Shown: piece after piece, positions 1-13,371 of the stretch
How the letters are laid out: every line of letters starts with the position of its first letter
Position numbering within the stretch: position 1 is the stretch's first letter
Origin: Chrysomallon squamiferum
Taxonomy: Eukaryota; Animalia; Mollusca
NCBI GenBank assembly: GCA_012295275.1
Contig: CM022672.1
Location: 35,650,001 to 35,714,000, forward strand
Direction of reading: 5' to 3'
DNA length: 64,000 nt
Notes under the pieces: model-generated
What the model was told of the DNA's origin: nothing
The model's database searches: none
Seen by the model: the letters and a program-made list of their open reading frames with translations, nothing else
Position numbers and translations under genes: made by a program

Positions 1-251
1 GGGTTTAATTGTGATATGTTTAGTGTTTAATTGTGATTTGTTTAGTGCTTAGCTGTCAGAACAAAGTTATAAAGTTATCTTTGATAATTTATTAGTATAT
101 GGTTTTGAATGAATGAATATTGAACAGACATTTATATCTGTTAATAATTATTTGATATGTATGTGTATAGAGGGGGTGTGTGTGTGTGAGAGTGGAATGG
201 ATGGGTGTGTCTATGGGGGATGGATGAATATGAGTGGATGCTGTGTTCTGT

Positions 252-283
<32 letters not shown>

Positions 284-373
284 AGAGAGTGGGATGGATT
301 GGTGTGTCTGTGGGTGATGGATGAATATGAGTGGATGCTGTGTTCAGTTGTGTGTGCTTTGCATGGTTGATAA

Positions 374-411
<38 letters not shown>

Positions 412-1218
412 ACAAATGCATTACAGCTCTTTACCATCCACATGGCATCAATGTTTCATTAAAAAAAATGTGAATAATTTATAATTATAACCTTTGTGTC
501 ATGACCTTCGTGTTGTGAAGAAATCATCTTTTATCTACACTTCAACAAATCTTCAGCAAGACAGACTGAATAGAAACAGACCAGTATGTGAGTATTGGAT
601 TTCTTCTCAGATGTCAGGTAGTCCAGCATCATTTTGGCTATGTGGGAGACAGATGTTTTAGTTTTGGACTTGTCACAGTGATGTAAAGAAGTACGTTTTT
701 AAAATATCAGCTTTGATGTCAAGAAAATCACATCTAGTTTCAACAATATCTGATCATTTCAACATTACTGCCGTTCATAATACTTCAGACTGAGATATAT
801 TCTTTCTCTAACACATTTTACAAGAGGTAAAAATTCAAATCTCAGAAACCAGTTGCTGTATGTTACATTAAAGTATAACAATTCAACTTGTATAAATTTT
901 ATTCAAATTTATTTCACACAACACTGCAGGCTATGTACATTTCGTTTTCAGAGCAAAAACAAACAAAAATATACAAAAGTTCAAAAACATTTAAATACAT
1001 CTGCACATTTATATAAAGTTTTAACTTGTCTATGTACATCAGATACATTAACTTTCTAAAGAAAACAAATATACACTTAAAAATAGTTATTCATAATAAT
1101 ACGATATATGGCATCCTTCTAATTATGTCAATATTATTAAAGACAAAATATTTTTTAAATTTTTTTAAAATGTTAATTTTTCTTTATAAATTCTGAGCTG
1201 AAGATGTTTGTCGTGTTT

Positions 1219-2967
1219 TTAACTTCCGTTGCCGTTGATTTGGTTCTTGCTTCCTCGCGGGTACTCTTGACGTAAGTGATGACTGTTGATGACTGATTTC
1301 ACGCATGCGTCTATCACGTTTGGGAAGGGCATCCTGTCTGGCAGAGTTTCTGCCCCTGCTTTGAGCGGGTCGAAGCACAGCATGGTATCACATGCACTGT
1401 CATTTCGCTTCTTGCCGCCAATTAAGATGATGTTTCCTCGGAACTGAACCGCCCCGAAATGAACTCGCCCAAAATTTTCCACTTTACCGATGGTGCGACA
1501 TCCTCCGTCCTCGGAGAATTCAATGACGTCACCATCGGTGGTGATGACGAAAACTGCCGAATCACAAACGACTGTCCTGGTGAGGCGACAGGCGAACGGG
1601 AGGTCAGTGAAGTGTGACGACTGACCAACTCTCGTGTCGAAACACTGGATCGCTGGCGTGTTCCGGTTGTTACGCTGAGCACCACCGAAAGTGAAAATCT
1701 TCTCGCCAATCACAGAGGACGACACCATTTCCACCGGGATGGGCAGATCTCCAGCCGTGGACCACTTGCCGGTGTTGATGCTGTATTTCTCTATTGACGA
1801 GATCACTTTGTTTCCCACTGGCAGGTTTCTGTTGTAGCCGCCGAGGACGTAGATGGAGTCTCTGACGGCCACCATTCCGTGACGAGACCGGCCCTGAGCC
1901 ATCTGTTCACACTCTCGCCAGTCGTTGCTTTCGTTGTTGTACTTGAACAGTTTCGGCCATTTTCTGCTTCCTCCTGACAGATAGATATTGTTGGCATAGG
2001 TGCAGGCAGAAAACTCGACTCCTGGGTCATATGGAAGCGGTGCCAGGTAAAACCATTTGGACTGTCTGAAGCTGTAACACAGGACTTCTGTCGGTTTGGT
2101 CTGTGTCGATCCTCCGGTCAGCACGACGATCACCTCGTCTGGGTCAAACGAATTGCGATAGGCCGCCCGCTTCGACGTGAACTCCTGTCTGCGCGCGGGC
2201 AGCATGTGGTAGCGCTTGGCCTCCTCCAGCATCACCCGGCAGACGATGTCGTCCTTCAGCAGGCTTTTGTTGTGGCTGATGCTGAGCAGGTACTCCGGGC
2301 TGACAAGCGGCAGGCGCAGGTGCTCGATGATGTAAGCGAGGTGGATGCCTCTGTTGTCAGGGTCGATGTCGATCCACCTGAACACCGCCTCGCACACCAT
2401 CTCCTCGTTAGGCACGACGAGGTCGTCGTCTTTGATCACTGCCGCCAGCTCGTCCACGTTCATGTCCTTGAAGTCATCAGACCGTGACAAGTCGAGGAAG
2501 TGGTCGAGGATGAGTGGCCACGCCTTGTCCTGCAGCTCCTCGCAGTTGTGAGTCCTGCCCAGCCTCCACATTCGTATACAGTTCTCCGGGGTGAGCACCT
2601 GCACGAGGAACTCGCCGCACATGTGAATGAGACCTTTCACCTGAAGAGTCGTCGCCGCGCGAAGCAAACTTTCTGCATTCTCTTCGCAGACGACGTTTTT
2701 CCCTGTGTATATGAAATTAAGGACGCTGTCGAAGGTGCAGACGTCTATGTTAAGCAAGGTCAAGGTCCCGTCAGGGCTGTCTCTCATGCCGGAGGAGAAT
2801 GTGGCGTCGAAGTGAGCAGACATGGCTGCTAGGACTGACCGGTGACATCGGAACCGCTTGTTCTGCACGATTATACTCGCGTCTGCAAAGTGTCCGCTCG
2901 TCCACAAGTACTTGATTCCTTCTGACAGAGTCTCCAGGTACTTCTGATGCCAGCCGCTTGATGTCAT
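1219..2967 (-). CDS. Kelch-like protein (BTB-BACK-Kelch, KLHL24-like CUL3 substrate adaptor), single coding exon, 582 aa
   Basis: The ORF has a BTB domain (FADASIIVQNKRFRCHRSVLAAMSAHFDATF), a BACK domain (ENCIRMW...EEMVCEAVFRWI...HLRLPLVSPEYL) and Kelch repeats with GG/Y/W signatures (IYLSGG, IYVLGG, IFTFGG, IILIGG). The true start is most likely MTSSGW at 2967, directly after an acceptor (tttttgcag|G ATG). The extra N-terminal MLLLLLL..YYYY in the ORF track is microsatellite. Clearly higher GC than the flanks. Confidence 0.93.
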   Translation of the reverse strand: MTSSGWHQKYLETLSEGIKYLWTSGHFADASIIVQNKRFRCHRSVLAAMSAHFDATFSSGMRDSPDGTLTLLNIDVCTFDSVLNFIYTGKNVVCEENAESLLRAATTLQVKGLIHMCGEFLVQVLTPENCIRMWRLGRTHNCEELQDKAWPLILDHFLDLSRSDDFKDMNVDELAAVIKDDDLVVPNEEMVCEAVFRWIDIDPDNRGIHLAYIIEHLRLPLVSPEYLLSISHNKSLLKDDIVCRVMLEEAKRYHMLPARRQEFTSKRAAYRNSFDPDEVIVVLTGGSTQTKPTEVLCYSFRQSKWFYLAPLPYDPGVEFSACTYANNIYLSGGSRKWPKLFKYNNESNDWRECEQMAQGRSRHGMVAVRDSIYVLGGYNRNLPVGNKVISSIEKYSINTGKWSTAGDLPIPVEMVSSSVIGEKIFTFGGAQRNNRNTPAIQCFDTRVGQSSHFTDLPFACRLTRTVVCDSAVFVITTDGDVIEFSEDGGCRTIGKVENFGRVHFGAVQFRGNIILIGGKKRNDSACDTMLCFDPLKAGAETLPDRMPFPNVIDACVKSVINSHHLRQEYPRGSKNQINGNGS

Positions 2968-3950
2968 CCTGCAAAAACAACAACAACGATAATAATAATA
3001 ATCATAACGATGTAGCAGTAGTAGCAGTAGCAATAATAGTAGTAGTTAAAACTAATTAACCAGCAACAACAAAAATAGTAATATAATATTATTATTATTG
3101 AAATAAAAGTTCAGTGTTATTTAAAAACATACTATAATCGACAATCTATTTTCCAGCGAAGTCGTTTAGTTAAAAAGTCTTACTACAGAAAGATTAAAAA
3201 ATAAATAAATAAAAGTAATCAGACGACCACACGATGTTGTTTCTAGCATTAGCCAATCAGCGATGAGATCTCAAAGCAGCAGATCTGGTATTTTTAGTAT
3301 CAATACGTCACAATTACATCCCATTCATTCATAAAGTACCAGTTTCGTCGAAGGTGTTCAGTTAAAGTTAAAGTGCATGGGTGGTCATTGAATCTGATTT
3401 TACAGTCGTCTGCCAAGGGTATTCAAAATAAAATAAACCTAAAACTCGCCAGAATAAATTCGTCTTCCATTTGAAAACATACCAATTCCTGTATTTTACT
3501 TTTTATAATTAATTAATTAATTAAGGGTTTTTTTGGTGAGATTAGTTAATATTTTATTGTAATATAATAGCTAATTTAAATATTTCAGTTTTTCATTGTT
3601 ATTGCTGTTGCTTCTATTATTATTATTATTATTTCTCTATTTTATACATTTTTAAATTAGTAGGCCTACTTATTTAATTATTTTGTTGCCATTAAGCAAA
3701 AATATAAAGTTATTTTGACTATTATATAAATGTGTATATGTGTGCGTGTACGTGTGTTATTTATTTAACTTATTTATTATAGTTTCGGGCAATCTGTAAT
3801 ATCACATAACAGAGTTTAAAATTAATTAAGTTAAAAATGCAAATATGTTTCGACTATTTCTTTGTACACGAAAAGCATACTTTGAATAACTGTCGTTTCT
3901 TTTTTTTTTGTTTTGTTTTAATTGTTTGTGCTTCTTTTCTTCTTTTCTAA

Positions 3951-4016
<66 letters not shown>

Positions 4017-4915
4017 AGTGAAACCAATATCCTAATTTTTGAACACGAAGATTCACAATAGCTTTTTTCTTTTTCTTTAGTGGAAAAAACTAAAATTAAA
4101 TATTAAGAAACAAGAAAGGATAACTTTTATTCTGTACATAAGTAACATAGCTTCATTATTCAGTTAAATATTAATATGAAGGAATTTACGACATAATATG
4201 TACATCTATGTCTTCTTGTTATTTAGCTGTTGTTGTATATAATATTATTGTTATCATCATCATCATAATCATCATCATCATCATCATCATCATTATTATT
4301 ATTATTATTATTAATAGATCGACTTTACTGAACTAAATATATGATTTCTGAAACAGATAAAAAATAAAAGTAATATTTGTTTGGTTTTGTTTTATTATTT
4401 TTGTTCAATTTATTAATTATTATTATTTTTGTAATGGAATAATTAACTAAAATTGAAAAACTTATTATATATTAATGAATAAGAAAAATAAACGGAATAA
4501 ACAATTTAAAAGTAAATAAATTGTTTCACAGTAATACTACTCTCTTAACGAATTCTAGAAATAACAAATATTATTTCTATTCAAATATATATATATATGT
4601 GAATACATTGATATTTGAAACTAATAAAATTATTATTATATATATGAAACGAAATTTTAAAGTTATATATCAGTTCTTTTTGTAAATGGGCAAGGAGTGA
4701 AATCTAGTAACACTTTCTGTTACATTTGATTATAACAAAACATTTATAGTTGTAAAATAACTAAAGAGACCGTCACAACAAAGAACACTTGTTAAAGACA
4801 ATAATTAATATATTTTAGTACAAAAAAGTGAAAGACAACACGTTTTAAAAGATTTTTAAAAAGTATATCTGTGAATATATTAAATAGATAAAAGTATATC
4901 TGAAACAAAACTTAC

Positions 4916-4990
4916 CTGTATATTTCCAGCGACCATTCACTCACTTCATGTGTTCACTTAAAGCTCCAACCTGCACTTGTCACCTAGGCT
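4916..4990 (-). other. Probable non-coding 5' exon of the kelch gene (5' boundary approximate)
   Basis: Perfect donor CAG|GTAAGT on the minus strand (intron starts at 4915), pairing with the acceptor at 2969. The exon is less AT-rich than its surroundings. Confidence 0.55.
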
Positions 4991-4993
4991 GCA

Positions 4994-5296
4994 GTAACCA
5001 TGACAACTACTGATTAGGATTAGCTAATAAACCAAGGGGGTAATGTTAATCCTGAGTTTTCTGCTTATCCAGATTAATCCTATACGTTCAATATGGTTAT
5101 GTGTCTTTACATCTCGTGAGAAGAAACCAGCAGTGAGGATCTGCACGTAAAACGCTTTTTAATTATTCTGTCTTATTTTATTATTTATTGTTATTATTTA
5201 TTTATTTATTTATTTTATTTTATTTTATTTTTTAAGAGAGAGAGAGGGGGATAATGAAAAAAAGAGAGAAAAAAGAAGAAAAGCCTAATTAGATTA
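4994..5296. promoter_or_regulatory. Motif cluster upstream of the kelch gene: RFX X-box, three K50-homeodomain sites and a P3 palindrome
   Basis: GTAACCATGACAAC at 4994-5007 (fits GTHNYY-AT-RRNAAC); GGATTA 5017-5022; TAATCC 5047-5052 and 5075-5080; TAATTAGATTA 5286-5296. Confidence 0.45.
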
Positions 5297-7053
5297 TTCA
5301 TCCTACTTTATCCGAAAATAAATAATCATGTATATGATGCATATTAACATAGAAACATACATTGTTTGCGTGTATGGATGTGTGTGTGTCTTCATATGGG
5401 TGTGTTGGTATATATATACGTTTGTTTGTATTGCGTTTGGTTTAATAACTGCAAAGCGGTAGAATGAAGCTTGATTAATCAAAACTGAATGCCCATCCTA
5501 TAGTCAGTTTTCACAGAAACGTTATACACGAAGTTTAGCTATGGTAAAAAGCCAATAAAATATTATTGGCTGTAAATCGAAAAAGATTAGACTCTGGCTA
5601 AAAAAAAAATCCTGAAGTTAACAGGTGCAGTTTGATATTGTAAATCAAAATACTTCCTTCTTCTTTCATTCTCTGTTTATATTTACCTGATATCTATATC
5701 TGTGTGTGTGTATGTATGTGTGCGTGTGTGTGTGTGTGTGTGTGTAATTAATATATAAAAAGTAATTATGATACATATATTAACCTGCAAATGCTGCCAT
5801 AAATCTACAAACTGTACTGCAAGTTAAATTATTAACCCGGCTTTGTTTCTGAGAAATTTTATTAAGTGAAACGAGAAATAAACATAATTAACTGTCACTT
5901 TAAATAACAAGCATTTGTATTTAGTTTGTGTTTGTATTTTCACTTCTGTGTTCGCATGGAAAAATTAAGAGAATCAAAATAAACAAACACACAAACACAC
6001 AAACAAACAAACATACAAATAAGTAAATAAAGGAAAAACAAATTATCTGATTTATAATTTAATATTTCGCAAAAAGGTGTTTTTGGTTTTTTCTTATTTT
6101 AAGATTTACTGAACGTTCGTTAGATATTTGAAAATAATTAATTCTCTGTATAATATTATTCTAAAAATTCAAGAGTTTATTTTGATCTTTCAATAATATG
6201 TATTCACCATATATAAAAAAAAATATATATATATAAAAAAATAAAATAACCTTTTGTTTAAAAAAATTCAAATCGGTCAGTCTATGAAATAAAAAAGAAA
6301 AAAAATAAGGAAAAAAAACCCAAAACAAACAGCTAATTAAATTAAAAACTTTAAAAATAAAGAAAAACAAAGGAAAAAAGAAAAAAGAAAAGAAAAGAAA
6401 AAAAAAACAAAACAACAACAACAAGCCAGAAAAACCTCTCCAATATATATTAAATAATAGTTTCTATTTCCAATTTAAAAATTAATATATCAATCAGTCT
6501 TCGACACAGATTTTTCTAAAACATATATATTTTTTTTTAATTATTCTTCTTATATTTTTTATTTAGAAATATTAACCTATTCTTATAAAATTTAAACGAA
6601 TTAATTTATGTGGGAACGACTGATTAACAAAAACGTGTTTCGTTTATCCTGAGCTTGAAAGGTATTAAAAGAGTTATTTACAAGATTTTCACAGTGTAGC
6701 ACGGTGATACTGGTAAAATTCTCCATTAGTTTAAAGTCATGATAATCTAACGTGATTTAACAGATCGAAAATGATCAATTTTGGCACAATATTTTAGTCA
6801 CATGATTGATATATGACGCCATTGAATTATCTCCCTTAGACGACAGTTAATTTCGAACTGTATTATAACACAATCAAAAATAGTTTCCGTATTTCTCTAC
6901 CATAAATCATGAACTTGAATTCACATATTATTAAACAAATTAAAAATCGAATGTATATTGATTCTTTGTTCACCTTTTTGTTTTTCATTCTTTGTTATTT
7001 TCTTTTTTGTTTTATTGTGTTAAATAGCCACATATAACTGAATTCAGAATAGT

Positions 7054-7500
7054 ATAATACATATATGTCAATGTTACAGACTAACATAATACATATATGT
7101 CAATTTTACTGACTAACATAATACAAATATGTCAGTGTTACAGACTAACATAATACACATATGTCAATGTTACAGACTAACATAATACACATATGTCAAT
7201 GTTACAGACTAACATAATACAAATATGTCGATGTTACAGACTAACATAATACACATATGTCAATGTTACGGACTAACATAATACAAATATATCGATGTTA
7301 CAGACTAACATAATACAAATATATAGATGTTACGGACTAACATAATACAAATATGTCAATGTTACGGACTAACATAATACACATATGTCAATGTTACGGA
7401 CTAACATAATACAAATATGTCGATGTTACAGACTAACAATACAAATATGTCGATGTTACGGACTAACATAATACATATATGTCAATGTTACAGACTAACA
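7054..7500. repeat. 32-bp minisatellite, about 14 copies
   Basis: Unit TAATACACATATGTCAATGTTACAGACTAACA repeated in tandem with point variants. Confidence 0.95.
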
Positions 7501-7831
7501 ATGTCTCTTCATCTATTTTGTTTCTCTTTCACTACTAGGTCCGTTTAACAGATAACACACTGTATCATCAGTGTACGTTATATTATTCAGAATATAGACC
7601 ACCTGCGTATTAAACCTTTTTACGTTTCTGTTTGAGGGGAATTCAAAATATCAGTCATATCGGCGGTCATGTGATAACTCGCCAACTTTGCAGTTATCAC
7701 AAATTCATGACCAAATTATTTCTTTATCAGAGATGTTTCCAGACCTGCGTAGTCATAATGTGGATGTCTGATCAAATGTATAATTCATTTTGATTCAAAC
7801 CTAAACAGAAAGAAAAATAAGTGAAATGAAT

Positions 7832-7878
<47 letters not shown>

Positions 7879-8589
7879 CAACAACAACAATAATAATAGT
7901 AATAATAATAATACTTTTTAAGTAGTAGTAAATAAATAAATAAATATAAATAAATTCTTTTCAGTGCAGAATAAAGATATTTTGGCATCTATCTTCAGGA
8001 CTCTCATAAAAAATTTAATATTTCAAATAAATGGTTTAACTGGTGGATTGTGTTCTGTATTATTACATTATTACACTATTTTTATTACATTATTAAAACC
8101 GCGTACTTTTACGTTAAGAAAATATCGTGAAAACTACATTTTAATTTGACTAATAATTAGCAAAGTATTTTTGATTGCTGCATAATATTAAGTATGCTAG
8201 CATTATTTTTGACGTCATCATTTCTATAATTAAAAACAGACGTCAACAACTGATTCGTCATTAACAACAAATTCACAGACTGCGGTTCGGGCAGGACAGA
8301 GAGGTTTATGCAGAAAGTTGTAAGTCAAATATTTCATTATATAGGAATATTATAAACTGTTTTATATTCTTTTATAATAATTAATATTCAATTATAATTC
8401 TTCGACAACCTTTTTTTTCACGAAACGTTATGACATCATAAAACAACAAAGAAGTCGAATGTGTATGTGGATTTGTGTGTGCGTGTGTGTGAAATAATAA
8501 GAAAAAAAACCTGATGCTTCTTAAAATCACTTTTTTAATCACACAATATTAATATATGTATCAACAGTAAATCTAATTTGACAATCCTT

Positions 8590-8888
8590 GATCATTTATC
8601 CTTGGACAGGAAGTGTTTCGGAATGCGGAATTTTTCGGATTTTGTAATATAATGATAAAAGTCTAAATGCGAATTCCTTTATATTTCATATACAGTTTAT
8701 TGAAATATTCTGCAGGATTCCTTTCTTTTCTTTCTTTTCTTTTTAAAAAAAAAAATATATTTAAAATAATTTTGTGCATAACATACAATTTCTAAACCAA
8801 AACAATCCTCGAACTGTAAGATATCATAACTACTACCAGGAAAAAGTTTTGGATTTGGGAATTCCGGAAAAGGTATGTTGAGCCTGTA
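8590..8888 (+). mobile_element. Tigger4/MER46-like (pogo/Tigger, Tc1-mariner) MITE relic
   Basis: Blocks GAAGTGTTTCGGAATGCGGAATTTTTCGGATTTTG, TTTATATTTCATATACA, AAATAATTTTGTGCAT and a terminus AAAAAGTTTTGGATTT...GTTGAGCCTG followed by TA resemble the MER46/Tigger4 consensus as I recall it. The left end is degraded. Confidence 0.6.
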
Positions 8889-9217
8889 TTGTAATACTGG
8901 TAAATGTCAGATATTATTTTTAATTAGGATTTTAATTTGTATATTCAACTCTCAGTTAATATTTTACTTGTATTACTAATAGAGTAAGGATATGTATCTC
9001 CGAACGCTATTTTTAGAGAGAGTGGGTATGTATGCAAATGTTAAAGGGGTGGTGATGGATATATATCTATGCATATGTGTGAGAAAGGCAGTGGATGTAT
9101 GTGCGTGTACATTAAGAAAAGAATAGTTGTATGCACGTGCCTATGAAAGAGAGTATGCACAAGACAGACAGTTTGTATGTGCATATTAGAGTGATGGCTA
9201 GGTATGTGTGTATTTCT

Positions 9218-9444
9218 TAAATAGAGTGAATGTTTGTGATGTGTGCAACGACTGTGAAAGTTTGTTATTTTTTAAATAAACAGAGTGAATGTTTGTGATA
9301 TGTGCAACGACTGTGAAAGTTTGTTATTTTTTAAATAAACAGAGTGAATGTTTGTGATATGTGCAACGACTGTGAAAGTTTGTTACTTTTTAAATAAACA
9401 GAGTGAATGTTTGTGATATGTGCAACGACTGTGAAAGTTTGTTA
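9218..9444. repeat. 59-bp tandem repeat, about 4 copies
   Basis: Unit AGAGTGAATGTTTGTGATATGTGCAACGACTGTGAAAGTTTGTTATTTTTTAAATAAAC, near-identical copies. Confidence 0.95.
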
Positions 9445-11865
9445 GTGAGACAGTAGTCAAGACTGATTATAATAATAAACAGTGTTAGATATAGCTGTTG
9501 ATTTTTATTATTACTATTATTAGTTATTATTATTATTATTGTTGTTGTTGTTGTTGTTGTAGTAGGAGCAGCATCTGTAGAAGTATCACATGTTTGTTTA
9601 ATGTTTGTTTAATGTAACATTTCACACACAGGCACAAACATACACACTCACTTGTATGTGTGTATATATATATACACATACACACTCATACTTGTATGTG
9701 TATATATATATTAAAATGAGTATTAATATAACATACATACTTAAGAATATATTTGTTTTATTTATAGAGTGCTAAAATAGTCTGGACTGTCATATCCTTG
9801 ATGTGTTGAATAAACATCTTACAAACAAATCAGCCTCGTTGTACTGCAAACAAAAGAACAGTTACTTGGAGCAACATAAGTAGCAATACATTTTATTTAA
9901 AAACATCATTTAGCATGAAGGGATAATAATTATTATTAATACTGATAACATATAATTAATTTTTTATAAATACAAATAGGAAGAGGACTAGTGTATAATT
10001 ATCACAACTTAAGTCCAAATACCACACTTCAGCATGTTGTTAAAGGTAAATTATTTTCATGTTTCAGTATATATAACTGGGACTGATTATTTATTTCCTT
10101 TTTCATGTTTTGGTTTCACTTATTTACTTCTTGTATTATTATTATTTATTTATTTATTTTATTATTATTTTTATTTTTTGCAAAATCTAATATTAATATG
10201 AAAATATGACTCTTGATTAACCAAACCCAACAACTCAGTTAACTGTTTCAGTAAAATTATTTACAAAGTAAAACAATAAAACTTTATTAATATTTTCAAT
10301 GCGTTGTTGTGATTGACTGATACATTGATGAGACATAGCTGGAAGTTAATTCTGTCCCAGTTTCAATAAAAAAAATTGTGAATTAATCATAAGAGAGAAA
10401 CTTTTGTAACATGTTAGTCCAATAAAGATAGTTTTAAAATCTGAGGTTACAACTTTTTAATTTGTTAGGTAATTTGACAAAGTATCATCCAGTATAATGA
10501 TGAAGATGATGATGATAAATAACTATTAAAAGGTGCAATGTTTTAATCTTTATTCAGACTGTCAGACATTCACATAAATGTAGTTTATAACTTAAACATA
10601 CAGAAGAAAATAATATTCAAACAAGTCACCACTATATCCGTGATGAATAATCAAATGATTACATACATTCATTCACATACATTTTTCTGTCACATTATCA
10701 TTGCATTTAAAATAATAATAATAATCATTTTTCTAAACTAAATTTAACTAGCAGTTCTGTGAAATATTTAAGTGAACAATTTTTCATCAATTTGAAATAA
10801 ACATCTCTCATGCTTAGTGATAAATATATATTATTTAACAAGAATTAATTATTTATTTTTGGTTATAAGCATACTGGTTTAATGTTTTTTTAATAGTATA
10901 ATTAAAAACATTACTTTGACAGCTGAATATTTATTTTTTGACAAAACATTCACAAATTTGTTAAAACATACACAATGTCCTTTAATAGGATCTGAACCAA
11001 GATCCTAAGTATGAGCATAAAATTAGCTGTTTTATTTAGATAATCAGCTTATAGTTACTTAGTACATCATCTTCTGGTTCAAATAAACAGTTGTTTAAAT
11101 CAAGAATTATCCTGTGCAAAAACAAATTGGAATAGTTTTCTGGACATTTCAATTTACAGTGTGGTAATGAAGATTATTTATTATAAATATTGGAATGTGT
11201 GACTAGGTGCAGATAAATTAATTAGCTTAAAGATTCTAGCACGAAATCTGCACATTATTTGTATTAGTAGTTTTACAAATAAACAAGAAGAATGTTAATC
11301 AGCAGAGTCTATGAATTACTTCTATTTGACATCATATTTCTGCTTTCACAAACACATTTACATATAGATTTCCTTACACATACCCCCACCCACCCACACA
11401 CACACACACAAACTTTGCTTAACTGTAACCATACTCATAAAAAACAAAATAATCACATACTCTCCTCACACAGACATTACTGTAAATCTCTTTCAAAACA
11501 AAAACATTTTTTTCTCAATCACTATTTTGAATCTGCTTTCACTTAAAATTGCAAATAAAACAATTGCCATTCTGAGGAACACGTCTGTAACTAACTAATA
11601 ATGGCTACAACTCTTCCAAATGTGGGCCAAACAGTGTGGAAGATCTGGCAGAACAAGAATAAATTTGTACTTGTTTTTGAAAACTGTGTGAAAATTTTCA
11701 GGCAAATCAACTCCTCAGTCTATTTAACCAAAACATACTTGCAGTTTTCAAGAACACAAGAACAACAATGAATACTACTTAAATGCATGGAAAGTGGTGG
11801 TAATAGGGGAACATGTCATATCTTTTCTTAACATAAGGATTTCTGGAATCTTGTTTATGTTCTAA

Positions 11866-11900
<35 letters not shown>

Positions 11901-11925
11901 GATACATATACTTACACATATACAT

Positions 11926-11991
<66 letters not shown>

Positions 11992-13371
11992 GAAATAAAC
12001 CCCATTGACCTTTTATCCACTCTTTAAAGGTTGTTTCCATTCTGCCCAGACATGATAAAACATGATAATGTAAGAATCTTTGGGAGGATGCTGTGTGGGA
12101 ACTTCTTACTGCCTTCAGTTAAAACATCTGATTGATCCTCAGTAATATTTATTAAAAAAAAAATAATAATAATAATAATAATAAATAAATAAAAAAATAA
12201 ATAAAATTATTATAATTATTATTATTACAACAAAAGTTTACTATCAACAAGGAAAAACTTAGTGGGATTCAGAAATGATACCAATAATTTTACTTTTATT
12301 TTACTACTTTTTTTAATAAGTTAAAAATAACATCCCCAGTAATTATACATGAATTGTAAAATAAAAATTTACAAATGACTTGTTCAGCTATGGTTCTATT
12401 TAGAGTCATTATATGCAGGTGGTAATTTATTTCTAGGAATAAAATCTATATCAGTTTGCCAGGTCATCCATATATATAACACATATACAATTATTTTACA
12501 AAAAAGAGAAAAAACTGATGTGAGCAATATTTATGATGGATATTTTTAGCAATTGTAGTAAATATAATTATAAACTTATTGCATGTAATTATTATTCTAC
12601 TTTCTTTTTTTTCAAATAGCAGCAAATTACTGAACTAGCCATCACAATGTTTATACTAATAATGTAATATACACATCTAATTTAGAAAAGAATTTAGACA
12701 TTTCAGAACAACAGAAATTTTAATTACAGGAACAAATACAAGTGGTAACAGAGAACTGTTAAATTTAAAAATATAATTTTAAAACTGTTACAAAATGAGA
12801 ATGTATGACACAACAATGCACGATACACTTTGTAAAAAAATCATAAAAATATTATAATAAATAACAAACTAAATAGATGAAAAAACTAAAATTATTATTT
12901 GGATTAATAATGGACTTAAAAACTGTTGTAGTAACTGTAAAATTAACATAATTCCCCAAGAGAAAAAATAATTATACTGTCCACATCAAACCCACACCAA
13001 AATAAATGGAAAATGTTGTACAGAAATTGAAAAATAATAAATAATAAGCCCTCCATTACAAAAGTTTTTTCCAGAGATTTTAATTTCACCAAATTTAATT
13101 ATATTTTGTTTTAAATGTGGTAAAAATGTTTCCTATTCACATTAAATATGTAAACAATAATAATCTCTAGCAGCCTGCACCAGTACACAACAAGTTCCCT
13201 GTTTTACTTTTGTCACAAAGAAATGTGTTTAGTCAACATTTCACAGTGTTAAGAACACTTTTCATTACACAATCATCTTTTCAGCAGTCACATTATTTAA
13301 ATCTGTAAAAACATGTAAATGTCATTCTTCAAACCAATTTTCCATGAATCAGATATAAAAAAACTAATGTT

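Noticed and set aside
2968-3033. N-terminal extension MLLLLLLHRYDYYYY of the kelch ORF
   Set aside because: Trinucleotide repeats upstream of a clear acceptor. This is intronic, not a signal peptide.
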